Origin: an uncultured Chloroflexia bacterium
GTDB taxonomy: Bacteria > Chloroflexota > Anaerolineae > CG2-30-64-16
Length of the DNA stretch: 64,000 nucleotides
Direction: 5' to 3'
Assembly: GCA_963810095.1 (NCBI GenBank)
Contig: CAWEMM010000012.1
Location: 128,001-192,000, forward strand
The notes beneath the pieces are model-generated. The model saw nothing but the letters and a program-made list of their open reading frames with translations. It was not told the origin of the DNA and did not search any database. The position numbers and the translations under genes are program-made. Positions 26,755 through 36,295 of this stretch are shown here, one piece after another. Positions within the stretch are counted from its first letter, which is position 1, and each line of letters begins with the position of its first letter.

Positions 26755-28374
26755 ATGCATCGCCGGATCATTTTAGCGTCGCTCCTGATCGTGCTCGCGT
26801 TGGCCCTGTCGGCCTGCGTCCCCGCCACGCTCACCCCTGGCGGGGTGCCCACGACTAGCCCAGTCCTCACGCCTGGCGCAGTCAGCACTTCCAGCGCGGT
26901 GAGCACCACTCAACCCGCGGCTACGTCCGCTATCGTGTCGCGCACCCCCGCGCCGGCGGGCGGCCCGGGAAGGCTCTTCGCCGGAACGGTCAAGCACGCG
27001 GGGCAACCCGTGCCGGGCGCCCGGGTCGAGCTGCGCGAGGTGGGGTGGGCGACCAACCGCACGGCGCCGGTCGCGACGGCCGTGGCAGGCGCAGACGGCG
27101 CCTTCAGCATCGCAAGCCCGCCCGCGGGCGACTTCAGCGTGCTGGGCCTCTTCCCTGACGGCGAGATGGACGCGGGCGGCTGGCCGCCGGTGAGCATTGC
27201 ACCCGGCCAGGAGATAACCGGGTTTGTTGTGCCGCTCGAACGCCGCCTAACCTTGCTCTCGCCCATCGCCGACGCGCCGGTCGCTCCGTCGCCGGCGCTG
27301 ACCTGGAAGGCTTCGCCCGAGGCGACGCACTATCGTGTCTGGGTGATCGACGCGGGCACGACGGCGATGATGCTCGACCAGGAGACGACGGGCACGAGCA
27401 TCGCCCTGTCCAAGAGCCTCAAGCCAGGCATGTATCAGTGGGTGGTCAACGGTTTGAACCCGAAGGGCGACATGGTCGCGACGGCCAGCGAGACGTTCGT
27501 CGTGCGGGCCCCGTCGACCTCGGCGACCGGCGTCCCGACGGCCCCGGCGACGCCCGCTGCGACGAGCGAAGCGGATGGGCTGCCGCCGCCATGTCAACCG
27601 CGCACCGAGCAGACCGCCGTCTACGCAGACAGAGCGCTCGGCTTCTGCTTCCTGTATCCGTCGGGGTTCGAAAAGAACCCGTATGATGCGGGCCAGATCA
27701 ACGTGGTGGGTCTTGTCGCAGGCCCGGCCCTGGACAGCTCTGCTGACCCCCTGCGGGCCACGGTATTGCTCGAAGTCATCCCGTCCGCCAGCCCAGACTT
27801 AGCCGCGGCGGTCACAGAGATCACACGGGAGTTTCAGGGCCAGCCGGGTGTGACCATTAAGCAGCAGCCCATCGACCTGGGCGGCGTGCCCGCAGTGCTG
27901 CTGACCGGCGTTCCCGGCCGCGGCGGCTCACGGGATGTTGTGGCCGTGCAGAACGGACTGCGTTACCGGCTGCTGTTTATGCCCGAGCCGCAGATGTTCC
28001 CGAAGGCCGCGCCCGACTTCCAGGCGCTGTACGATGCGGTGACGCAGTCGTTCACGTTCTTCCAGCCCGCAGTGACCGAGAGTGAAGGCCCGAACAGCGG
28101 TCCCGGCGGTATGCCGCGCTTGCCCGACGACGAGCGGGCGTTCGACGGTGCGCGCGAAGCGCTGGCACAGCGCTTGGGCGTCGACCCGCTCTCGATCCGG
28201 CGAGTGGAGCAGACGCCCACCGAATGGCAGGACGGGTGCCTCGGCCTCACCTCGCCGGGCGAGGCCTGTCCGCAGGCGATTACCTCGGGTTGGGTGATCG
28301 TGCTCGATGCGGCCGGCCAGCGCTACGAGGCGCACACCGACCAGGAGGGCCGCGCTGTGCGGTTCGTACAGTAA
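26755..28374 (+). CDS. Multi-domain secreted lipoprotein
   Basis: GGAGG RBS; lipobox LSAC; P/T/A linkers; beta-sandwich-like domains; C-terminal EWQDGCLG..C.QAITSGW module. Confidence 0.8.
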   Translation: MHRRIILASLLIVLALALSACVPATLTPGGVPTTSPVLTPGAVSTSSAVSTTQPAATSAIVSRTPAPAGGPGRLFAGTVKHAGQPVPGARVELREVGWATNRTAPVATAVAGADGAFSIASPPAGDFSVLGLFPDGEMDAGGWPPVSIAPGQEITGFVVPLERRLTLLSPIADAPVAPSPALTWKASPEATHYRVWVIDAGTTAMMLDQETTGTSIALSKSLKPGMYQWVVNGLNPKGDMVATASETFVVRAPSTSATGVPTAPATPAATSEADGLPPPCQPRTEQTAVYADRALGFCFLYPSGFEKNPYDAGQINVVGLVAGPALDSSADPLRATVLLEVIPSASPDLAAAVTEITREFQGQPGVTIKQQPIDLGGVPAVLLTGVPGRGGSRDVVAVQNGLRYRLLFMPEPQMFPKAAPDFQALYDAVTQSFTFFQPAVTESEGPNSGPGGMPRLPDDERAFDGAREALAQRLGVDPLSIRRVEQTPTEWQDGCLGLTSPGEACPQAITSGWVIVLDAAGQRYEAHTDQEGRAVRFVQ

Positions 28375-28424
28375 GGCCCGGGATTTCGCACACACCCCGG
28401 CTGTGCCAAGGGGCACAGGATGGA

Positions 28425-28463
28425 CTTAAGCACGAGTTAAGCTTCTCTACAGGAGGGGTTAAG
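28425..28463. promoter_or_regulatory. 11-bp-period YTTAAG array upstream of the HEAT gene
   Basis: CTTAAG 28425, GTTAAG 28436, CTACAG 28447, GTTAAG 28458; TGA-TAAGCT -10 21 nt downstream. Confidence 0.7.
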
Positions 28464-28667
28464 GACCCTCTCAGAATAGCGTGATAAGCTGTTGCCATCA
28501 GTTACAGAAACACAGACGACGGCGACACGGTGCGGCAGGCGGTAAGCGGAAGATGTAGGGCGGCGGAACTGCTGCATCATCACGAATGACGGCGACCGGG
28601 TCGCCGATGTGAGCGGACAGCCCGGATAGCAAGGGTCCGCTCACTATGAGTTTAACGGAGGTTTTCC

Positions 28668-29213
28668 GTGGATTACCAAACGCATGCGAGCTCCCAGCCC
28701 GACGATTCTCAGGCCGATCAGCAGCACATTCAGGATTTAGTGAAGGTCTTCATGAAGGGCAGCGGCCGTGAGCGGCAGGCTGCGCGCGAGCAGTTGTGTG
28801 AGATCGGCCACCCGGCGGTTCCGGCGCTTGTCGATGCACTTAACAATCCCGAAGACCAGGTCCGCTGGGAGGCCGCCAAGTCTCTCACGCAGATTCCCGA
28901 TCCCCGCGCCGCGCCGGCGCTGGTCGAGGCGATGAAGGACTCATTCAGCATCCGCTGGCTCGCCAGCGAGGCCCTGATCAATATCGGAGAGCCGGCGCTG
29001 GTGCCGCTCATTCGCGGGCTCCTTGCGAATCCGGATGCGCCCCGGCTGCGCGAGGGCGCGCATCACGTGCTCACCGGCCTTCGCCGCACCCACCCGAACA
29101 ATCCGTATATTACCGAAATGCTGAGCGCGCTGACGGGCCAGGCGCAGACCGAAACGGTGCCGTGGGTCGCGCGCGACATCCTGCAGAAGATGGGCCTTGT
29201 CGCTCCCATCTAA
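28668..29213 (+). CDS. HEAT-repeat (PBS lyase-like) protein
   Basis: AVPALVDALNNPEDQVRWEAAKSL / AAPALVEAMKDSFSIRWLASEAL repeats; GGAGG RBS. Confidence 0.85.
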   Translation: MDYQTHASSQPDDSQADQQHIQDLVKVFMKGSGRERQAAREQLCEIGHPAVPALVDALNNPEDQVRWEAAKSLTQIPDPRAAPALVEAMKDSFSIRWLASEALINIGEPALVPLIRGLLANPDAPRLREGAHHVLTGLRRTHPNNPYITEMLSALTGQAQTETVPWVARDILQKMGLVAPI

Positions 29214-29258
29214 GCGGCACTTAATGAAGGCTTAATGTCCTCTTGATCCCCTTGTAAG
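29209..29258. promoter_or_regulatory. 11-bp-period YTTAAG array upstream of the DoxX gene
   Basis: TCTAAG 29209, CTTAAT 29220, CTTAAT 29231, CTTGAT 29242, TGTAAG 29253; TATCAT -10 21 nt downstream. Confidence 0.7.
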
Positions 29259-29371
29259 GCAAGCCGGGCCGCGCTAGTGTATCATAAGTCACAAAACACC
29301 TGCGCGGCAACGGGCTGGCCCGAGACACCAGCACGAGTCAGGTCGTTGCCCCGCGGTATGAGGAGGTCGGT

Positions 29372-30001
29372 ATGACCACTAATAGCACTCGGCAGACCAC
29401 GCGGCGAGAAGTGATCCGTCTGGAAGACCCGCCGGTGGCGAAGCTGCTGTTCGAGGATGTACGGCTTTCGCCCTTGTGGCTGATCCTGCGGCTCTGGCTG
29501 GCCTGGAAATGGATTGAGGCCGGATGGGCCAAGGTACAGAACCCGGCCTGGACCGGCGCCAACTCCGGCGCACCGATCCAGGGCTTCGTAAAGGGCGCGG
29601 TGGCAAAGGCGACCGGCGAGCACCCGGATGTGCCGGGATGGTACGCCTCTTTCCTGCAGAACGTCGTTGCGCCCAACGCAGGGCTCTGGTCGAAGCTGGT
29701 AGCCTACGGCGAGCTGCTCGTCGGCATCGCGCTCGTTCTCGGCATCTTCACAGGTATCGCCGCTTTCTTTGGCGGATTCATGAACTTCAACTACTTACTG
29801 TCGGGCACGGTCAGCACGAACCCGATGATGTTCCTGGTGGCCGGCCTCCTGGTGCTGGCCTGGAAGACGGCCGGCTGGCTCGGCGTCGACCGGGTCCTGC
29901 TGCCCTTGTTGGGCACCCCGTGGGCACCCGGCCGAGTATTCCGGGGTGACACACCCCTGGCTCCGCCGGTAACCCAAGAAGCGGACCGGTCCGAAGTCTA
30001 G
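29372..30001 (+). CDS. DoxX family membrane protein (DoxD/TQO small subunit-like)
   Basis: LRLWLAWKWIEAGWAK, WYASFL, GELLVGIALVLG, GWLGVDR; AGGAGG RBS. Confidence 0.88.
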   Translation: MTTNSTRQTTRREVIRLEDPPVAKLLFEDVRLSPLWLILRLWLAWKWIEAGWAKVQNPAWTGANSGAPIQGFVKGAVAKATGEHPDVPGWYASFLQNVVAPNAGLWSKLVAYGELLVGIALVLGIFTGIAAFFGGFMNFNYLLSGTVSTNPMMFLVAGLLVLAWKTAGWLGVDRVLLPLLGTPWAPGRVFRGDTPLAPPVTQEADRSEV

Positions 30002-30168
30002 CCCGCAAAGTGGGCCCATCCGCTGCAGGGGCGGGCAGTACCCGTCCCTGCAGCACGCCGATCCAGTTCCATCCCTTTCGAGCCCCTAAGCCGGGTCCTT
30101 TGCGCAAGTGGTATAATGGCGACGCGTTTGATCCGGCGCCGTGCAAATCTCCCCATCGAGGCCCATTG

Positions 30169-31869
30169 ATGTCTCCCAGCCACCGCTTTACCGTCCGAGC
30201 GGCATCCCTTGTCATTGCCCTGGCGATCCTGGCCGGCTGTTCGGCTCTTCCTTCGGCGCCAGTCGCACCCGTGCAAAGTCCTGCTACCGCGATCCCAACG
30301 GTGGAAGCCGTTCCCTCGGATACGCCGCGCCCTGCGCCAACGCGAGTTGGCGCGCCGACCAGCGTTGGCGCGCCAACCGACGCGCCGTCGCCTATGGCAC
30401 CCAAGGTGGAAGCGACGGCCCCCGCCGGCAACCCTGACACGCCTACCCCCACGCAAGCCAGCGGCCCGCTTTTCGGGCCCGCTTGGGGCGACCGCACAGT
30501 CTATCAGCCCGGCCTGATCACGTCCGAGCGAAAAATCCTGGAAGGGCTGCCGGGTGCGAGCGAGTATCGCATCGATCTCACCATTGACGACTCCCTCGCC
30601 AAGGTGTCAGGCGAGCAGCAGGTCCGCTATACCAACCGCGAGCAGGCGCCGCTGAACGAGATCTACCTCAGGCTCTTCCCGAACGCGCTGGGGGGGAAGA
30701 TGCGGGTGTCCGATACGACGGTCGATGGCGTCAGTGTCACCCCGGGGTACGAGTACCAGGACACCGCCGTACGGGTGCCGCTGCCCCAACCCCTGCCGGT
30801 TGGCGCGAGCACCGTGTTGGGGCTAAAGTACGACATCGACGTCCCGCAGTCGCTCGACACCGGCTACGGCTTGATCAGCTACACGAACGGCATTCTGGCG
30901 CTTGACACACCCTATGCACCCATTCCGGTGTACAACGAGCAGGGGTGGAACGTGGAGACGCCACCCGAAAACGCCGACACGAGCTTCAACGATGCGAGCT
31001 TCTATCTCACCCGCGTTACCGCGCCCGGCGGGCTCGAGCTGGTAACGACGGGCGTCGAGGTGGCCCGCGAGTCGGCGGATGGCCGGCAGGTGGTCACCTA
31101 CGAGCAAGGGCCGGCACGCGACTTCTTTGTCGCAGCCAGTCCCGAGTACGTGGTGAAGACGCAGCGGGCCGGTGAGACGCGCATCAATGCCTTTGCCATG
31201 CCCGGCGAGGAGGATGCCCAGGCCCTTGCACTCTCTGCGGCAGCCAAGGCGCTGTCGGCCTACAGCAAGCGGTTCGGCCCTTATCCGTATACCGAGCTCG
31301 ACGTCGCAGCAACCCCCATGCTCGCCCTGGGCATCGAGTACCCCGGTACGGTCGGCATTGCGGAGCGCATTTACGAGCCCGATTTCAAGCCGAGCTCAGG
31401 CTCGCAAGACGCGATCGTCGAGAGCACCGTGGCGCACGAGCTGGCGCACCAGTGGTTCTACAACCTCGTGGGCAGCGACCAGATCGACGAGCCTTGGCTG
31501 GACGAAGCCCTAACCCAATACAGCACCTACCTCTATTTCCTGGACAACTATGGACAGGCTGCGGGCGATAGCTGGGTTTCGACCTGGGGCTCGCGGTGGG
31601 ACCGCACGGACCGGAAGGAGAAGCCCGTGGGGCTGCCGGCGCGCGACTACGACACGCGCGAGTACAGCTCGATTGTGTACGGTCGGGGACCGATGTTCCT
31701 GGCCGCGCTGGCCGAGCGCATGGGCCAGGCGAAGTTCGATCAGTTACTGGCGGACTACACCGCCCGCTTCCGCTGGGGCATCGCCACCGCGGCAGACTTC
31801 ACTGCAATGGCCAACGAGGCGTGCGGGTGCGATCTCGGCGATCTCTACCGGGAGTGGCTCAACCCGTAA
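30169..31869 (+). CDS. M1 family aminopeptidase lipoprotein
   Basis: Lipobox LAGC; GIEYP; AHELAHQWF..WLDEAL; IVYGRG. Confidence 0.9.
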   Translation: MSPSHRFTVRAASLVIALAILAGCSALPSAPVAPVQSPATAIPTVEAVPSDTPRPAPTRVGAPTSVGAPTDAPSPMAPKVEATAPAGNPDTPTPTQASGPLFGPAWGDRTVYQPGLITSERKILEGLPGASEYRIDLTIDDSLAKVSGEQQVRYTNREQAPLNEIYLRLFPNALGGKMRVSDTTVDGVSVTPGYEYQDTAVRVPLPQPLPVGASTVLGLKYDIDVPQSLDTGYGLISYTNGILALDTPYAPIPVYNEQGWNVETPPENADTSFNDASFYLTRVTAPGGLELVTTGVEVARESADGRQVVTYEQGPARDFFVAASPEYVVKTQRAGETRINAFAMPGEEDAQALALSAAAKALSAYSKRFGPYPYTELDVAATPMLALGIEYPGTVGIAERIYEPDFKPSSGSQDAIVESTVAHELAHQWFYNLVGSDQIDEPWLDEALTQYSTYLYFLDNYGQAAGDSWVSTWGSRWDRTDRKEKPVGLPARDYDTREYSSIVYGRGPMFLAALAERMGQAKFDQLLADYTARFRWGIATAADFTAMANEACGCDLGDLYREWLNP

Positions 31870-32011
31870 CCTCGCCCACCACCCGGCAACGGGATCGAAC
31901 CGGGGAAGGATGGGCACAGACCCAGGCAGGTGGGACGAAGTATAAAGACGTAACGCAAGCCGGTGCGCGGATGGCTCTGAGCGCGGCTTGCCAATTGGTT
32001 CGAGGAGGAGA

Positions 32012-32821
32012 ATGATGCGTCTTCTATTGCCCCGCGTTTTGCTCGTCGTGTTGGTCGTCACGATCCTGGCCGCCTGCGGCCAGCCAGGCGTGGCCCCCAC
32101 CCAGGCCACTGCGGCGCCCCAGTCGACTGCTGCCGAGAGTGCTGTGGCGCCCACACAGGGGGCAACCGTGACCTCCGCACCGACGGCCGCGCCCAGCAGC
32201 ACGCCCGCGCCGACCGCCACCCCCGCACCCACCGCCACCACCGATCCCGCCGCTAACGCGCCGCAGGGCCAGGCCGCGCTCGACCTGCTGAAGGCCTCGG
32301 CCAAGGCTCAGTTAGCCCAGAAGGCTTTCCGGGCTACGATCACGGGCAAAGACACGAACGGCAAGGATCAAGCCACCGTGCTCGAATTCGTCAGCCCCGA
32401 CAGCTATCACCTGGTGACGCCGGGCGCCGAGATCATTATTGTCAAGGATGGCACTTTCATGAGACAGGGCGCCGGCAAGTGGGAGAAATCGCCGGTGAAC
32501 ATGCAGGAGATGGTCACGCAGATTCTCAGCGGCCAGGGCATGGAGGAACTGATCAATAATCTGAAGTTCGAGGACCTCAAGCTGGTGGGGGCCGAGTTCA
32601 TAGCTGGCAAGCCCATGTGGGTGTATCAATACTCGTCCGCGCTCGACGTGGGTGGAACGCAGGTCGCAACCGACAGCAAAAACTGGATCGGCGCGCTCGA
32701 CAAGCTGCCCTACCGGGTGGAATCCACGTCGGACACGGGCGCAGGCGCTAAATCCACGACCACGGTCGTCTATGAGTATGACGACTCGATCAAGATCGAG
32801 GCGCCCGCCGTCGGCGGATGA
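32012..32821 (+). CDS. Lipoprotein, LppX/LprAFG (LolA-like fold) candidate
   Basis: AGGAG RBS; lipobox LAAC; P/T/A linker; beta-rich domain ending YDDSIKIEAP. Confidence 0.7.
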   Translation: MMRLLLPRVLLVVLVVTILAACGQPGVAPTQATAAPQSTAAESAVAPTQGATVTSAPTAAPSSTPAPTATPAPTATTDPAANAPQGQAALDLLKASAKAQLAQKAFRATITGKDTNGKDQATVLEFVSPDSYHLVTPGAEIIIVKDGTFMRQGAGKWEKSPVNMQEMVTQILSGQGMEELINNLKFEDLKLVGAEFIAGKPMWVYQYSSALDVGGTQVATDSKNWIGALDKLPYRVESTSDTGAGAKSTTTVVYEYDDSIKIEAPAVGG

Positions 32822-32909
32822 GCCCCGCGCCAGGGCGGCAACCAGCCGGTGCGTACGGCGACATGCCGCCCTGGCCCGGCCCGCACTTGTGGGAGAGCCC
32901 GGGCGTTCG

Positions 32910-35360
32910 CTAGAGTATCACGCGGACCCGGGTGCCCTCCCCGGGGTGCGTCTCGAAATCCAACCGGGCGCCCAGCCGCTGAGCGCGCTCGCGCATCGTG
33001 TGCAATCCCATGCCACCCGCCTCCATGCCCGCGACCGAGTCGAACCCGGCCCCGTCATCCTGCACCTCGAGCACCGTCTGGTCGGGCGAGTACGTCAAGT
33101 GCACCAGGATGTTGCTGGCCTGGGCATGCTTTAGCGAGTTGTTGAGCGCCTCTCGGGCGATGTGGTAAAGCTCCTGCTGCGCAGAAACCGGGAGGTTCTC
33201 GTCGCCCTCCTGCACTAGCTGCGCGTGCACCCCGCCCCGGGTCTCCACCGCCTGGAGCCGACCGCGCAGGGCCGCGGCCAGCCCAATCCGCTCGATCTCC
33301 GGCGGCCTGAGCTCGTAGATCAGAAGTCGCATCTCGCGCAGCGCATCCCGCGACGTGTCGCGCAGGGCGCGCAGGTGGTCGATCACCGCATCCTCGTTCC
33401 CCGCCTCCACCTGCCGCGCCGCGGCCTCGGCATACAGCGTGACGCTGTAGAGCGACTGGGTGACCGAGTCGTGCAGTTCACGGGCAAGCCGGTTGCGCTC
33501 GTCCAGCGCGGCCGCCTGCCCCACCTGCTCGCGCAGCCGGGCGCTTTCGATGGCCAGGGCCGCCTGGTCGGCCAGGCTCTGGGCCTCGCGCATATCTTCT
33601 GGGCTGAAACTGCGCGAGTCGTGATAGTACGCGGTCAGGATCCCATACGATTGCCCGGCGACCGTCAACGGCGTCAACAGCATCGCCTCGAATGACGCCA
33701 TCAGTTCTTTCATCTCCGGCCGCTGCAGGTAAGGGGAAGGCGCCAGGTCGTCGGAGAGCGCTGCCAGTTGGTCCCGGATGTTCGGGACCGCGATGGGTCG
33801 GTTCTCGCGCAGCGCGCGGCCGGCGATGCTCTCGCGGTAGGGCAGCGACGCGTGCTCGATGAAGTCGGGCCTGAGCCCCGAGCCCGCCTGCACGATCAGC
33901 GCGGATTCGCCGCCGGGCACCTGCTCGAGCCGGAAGACGGCCGCGCCCTCGCTGTTCAGCATGCGGCACGCGTGCTTGACGATGAAATCCAGGGTTTCGG
34001 CGAGCGACTGCTGCGAGTTTAGCGCGGCGACAATCTGGCGCATGCCGTCCGCGATACGGTTGCTGCGCTCAGCTTCGGCACGCCGCTCGCGTTCCGCCAT
34101 GTGGAGCATGGCCAGCTCGGCCGTCCGTTCCTCCACCCGCCGCTCCAGGTCCTGGTAGGCCGCCTCGAGCGCCGCCTGCGCCTCGACCCGGGCCGCGAGC
34201 TCTTGTTCGAGCGCGCTGTGCAGCCGGGCATTGGTTAACAGGATGCCTGCGAGCTCGGCGAGACGGCCCATCGCATCCAGTTCGTCCTCGGTAAACGGCT
34301 TCGAGTACACCAGGCGGGTCAACCCGATGACGCCCGCCACCTTCCGGTCGACGAACAGCGGCACGCCCATGGCCGGGCCAATGGCCTCACCCTCGAAGGC
34401 GCCCGCCCGGCCCTCCCACAACCGGTAGTTGTCGACGGCAACGGGGCGCGCTTCAGCCCAGATGCGACCAGACAACCCCTCCCCCCGCCTCAGCCGCACT
34501 CCGACGTGCTCGCGGAACGTGCCGGTTCCCACGTGCGCCACAAGCTCGTTCCGCTCCACATCCACCAGGTACAGCCAACCGTACGCCGCGCCCACCAGGC
34601 TGACCGAGCGCTCGACCAGGGCGGTCAGCAAGCCCTGAACGTCACGCGCGCCCGCGACGCCGACGGCTGTGTCGTGCAGCGCGGCGAGCGTGTTCTTCTG
34701 GCGCACGAGGACGGCCTCCCGCTCGCTCAAGGCGCGGGCGGTCGACGCAAGCTCGCGCGACGTCCGCTGCTGTGAAGCGAGCGCGCGCACCAGAAGGTCG
34801 GCGAAGCGCTCGACCAGAACCGCCAGCACCAGGAGAAAAACAGTGAACGCGAGCCCTGCCTCCAGCCAGTCGGCCAGCGAGGTTGGGTTCACCCGGACGG
34901 TCAGCATGGAATCGAGTTGACCGGTGCCGGCAAGATAGGTGAAGACGCCGTAGATGAGGAGGCTGACGCCTGCCGACAGGTAGCCGGCCCGCGAGCCGAG
35001 GAGCAGCGCGGCAACCACCGGCATCACGAGGAGATACAGCCGTCCGCTGCCTGCCAAGCCCAGGCGGGCCAGGCTGGCAACCCCGTTTGCGTAGGCCAGG
35101 CCCATCAGGCCGAAGGCACGAGTGCTCTCGGGCAGCGAAGGGGCCAGCGCAAGCGCGACGAATGCGATGTAGATGCCAAGGTAGGCCCACAGGAGCGGCG
35201 TGATCCCGCCGTTGGCTTGCGCGTTAATCAGCGGCGCGACGTACGCGGGCAGCCCGGCGATCGCGATCACGGTCAGCAATGTATACAACGCGCGCCGCCG
35301 CCAGACGCGGAGCGTCGGGGCGAGCTCCTCGCGGGCGGGCTCTGAGATAGGCTCGGGCAT
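32910..35360 (-). CDS. Membrane-bound GAF-GAF sensor histidine kinase (HisKA_3), orphan
   Basis: About 6 TM helices, two GAF domains, LARELHDSVTQ, NNSLKH, DDGAGF; TGCTACACT 6 nt before ATG. Confidence 0.9.
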   Translation of the reverse strand: MPEPISEPAREELAPTLRVWRRRALYTLLTVIAIAGLPAYVAPLINAQANGGITPLLWAYLGIYIAFVALALAPSLPESTRAFGLMGLAYANGVASLARLGLAGSGRLYLLVMPVVAALLLGSRAGYLSAGVSLLIYGVFTYLAGTGQLDSMLTVRVNPTSLADWLEAGLAFTVFLLVLAVLVERFADLLVRALASQQRTSRELASTARALSEREAVLVRQKNTLAALHDTAVGVAGARDVQGLLTALVERSVSLVGAAYGWLYLVDVERNELVAHVGTGTFREHVGVRLRRGEGLSGRIWAEARPVAVDNYRLWEGRAGAFEGEAIGPAMGVPLFVDRKVAGVIGLTRLVYSKPFTEDELDAMGRLAELAGILLTNARLHSALEQELAARVEAQAALEAAYQDLERRVEERTAELAMLHMAERERRAEAERSNRIADGMRQIVAALNSQQSLAETLDFIVKHACRMLNSEGAAVFRLEQVPGGESALIVQAGSGLRPDFIEHASLPYRESIAGRALRENRPIAVPNIRDQLAALSDDLAPSPYLQRPEMKELMASFEAMLLTPLTVAGQSYGILTAYYHDSRSFSPEDMREAQSLADQAALAIESARLREQVGQAAALDERNRLARELHDSVTQSLYSVTLYAEAAARQVEAGNEDAVIDHLRALRDTSRDALREMRLLIYELRPPEIERIGLAAALRGRLQAVETRGGVHAQLVQEGDENLPVSAQQELYHIAREALNNSLKHAQASNILVHLTYSPDQTVLEVQDDGAGFDSVAGMEAGGMGLHTMRERAQRLGARLDFETHPGEGTRVRVIL

Positions 35361-35487
35361 GGGTGCAGTGTAGCACAATGCGGCAAGGTGCGCGCAATCA
35401 CGCCTCGGGGTCCGCCCCGCCCGTGTGGCAGAGCCGCAGGGAGCGGGTGAGTACGGGTCCGCGACGAGGATGTTAACGAACCTTAAC

Positions 35488-35518
35488 TTGACCCTTACGT
35501 TACGGCATACCTTATCAT
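35488..35518 (+). promoter_or_regulatory. MerR-type promoter with 19-bp spacer
   Basis: TTGACC-19 nt-TATCAT; spacer CTTACGTTACGG resembles Mta/TipA operators; ATG 6 nt after the -10. Confidence 0.8.
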
Positions 35519-35524
35519 GCCGGC

Positions 35525-36295
35525 ATGACAGACGTGCGAACATACACGGTGCACCGGGTCGCAGAATTGGCTTCAATCACGGTGCGCACCCTGCATCACT
35601 ACGACCAGGTGGGCTTGCTCACCCCGTCGGCCAGAACGACGGCGGGCTACCGGCTGTACGGCGAAGCGGACCTGCTGCGGCTCCAGCAAATCCTGTTCTT
35701 TCGGGAGCTGGGCTTCCCGCTCGAACAGATCCGGACCATCATCGACGATCCCCAGTTCGATCGGGTCCGGGCACTGGAGCGACACCGCGAGATGCTTCAG
35801 CTCGAACGCGAGCGGCTTGCACGGCTGCTAAATACGATCGATAAAACGATCGCGAGGCTAACGGAGGAAAACATGGGTATTTCGGACGAAGAGCTCTGGG
35901 AGGGCTTCTCGCAGGATCAGGTCGAGCGCTACAAGCGCGAGTCACGCGAAGCGTACGGCACCGAAGTCGTGGAGGAATCCGAGCGCCGGGCCAAGGGCAT
36001 GTCGAAGGGCCAATGGCAGGCGGTGAAGGACGAGGGCGACGCGGTGACGCGGGGGCTGGCGGCCTTAACGGATCGCCCGGTGGACGATCCCGAGGTGCAG
36101 GCGCTGGTCTCCCGGCACTACAAGTGGGTCTGCACCTTCTGGACGCCCAATGCGGAGGCGTACCAGGGGTTGGGACAGTTGTACACCGACAACCCCGAGT
36201 TCCGGGCGAATTATGACAAGTACCGCGTCGGGCTGGCGGATTTCATGCGGGAGGCCATGAAATACTACGCGGAACACGAGTTGACCCAAACATAA
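35525..36295 (+). CDS. MerR family regulator, TipA/Mta type (TipAS ligand domain)
   Basis: ITVRTLHHYDQVGLL..GYRLY..LQQILFFRELGF; C-terminal EAYGT..GLGQLYTDNPEFRANYD. Confidence 0.92.
   Translation: MTDVRTYTVHRVAELASITVRTLHHYDQVGLLTPSARTTAGYRLYGEADLLRLQQILFFRELGFPLEQIRTIIDDPQFDRVRALERHREMLQLERERLARLLNTIDKTIARLTEENMGISDEELWEGFSQDQVERYKRESREAYGTEVVEESERRAKGMSKGQWQAVKDEGDAVTRGLAALTDRPVDDPEVQALVSRHYKWVCTFWTPNAEAYQGLGQLYTDNPEFRANYDKYRVGLADFMREAMKYYAEHELTQT

Noticed and set aside
2621-29258. YTTAAG arrays as CRISPR or iteron repeats
   Set aside because: Units are 6 bp with 5-bp gaps and only 3-5 copies, always at promoters; there are no spacers and no cas or rep genes.
35472-35487. GTTAAC/CTTAAC pair as another YTTAAG array
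   Set aside because: Spacing is 10 rather than 11 bp, and the region is explained by the MerR promoter.
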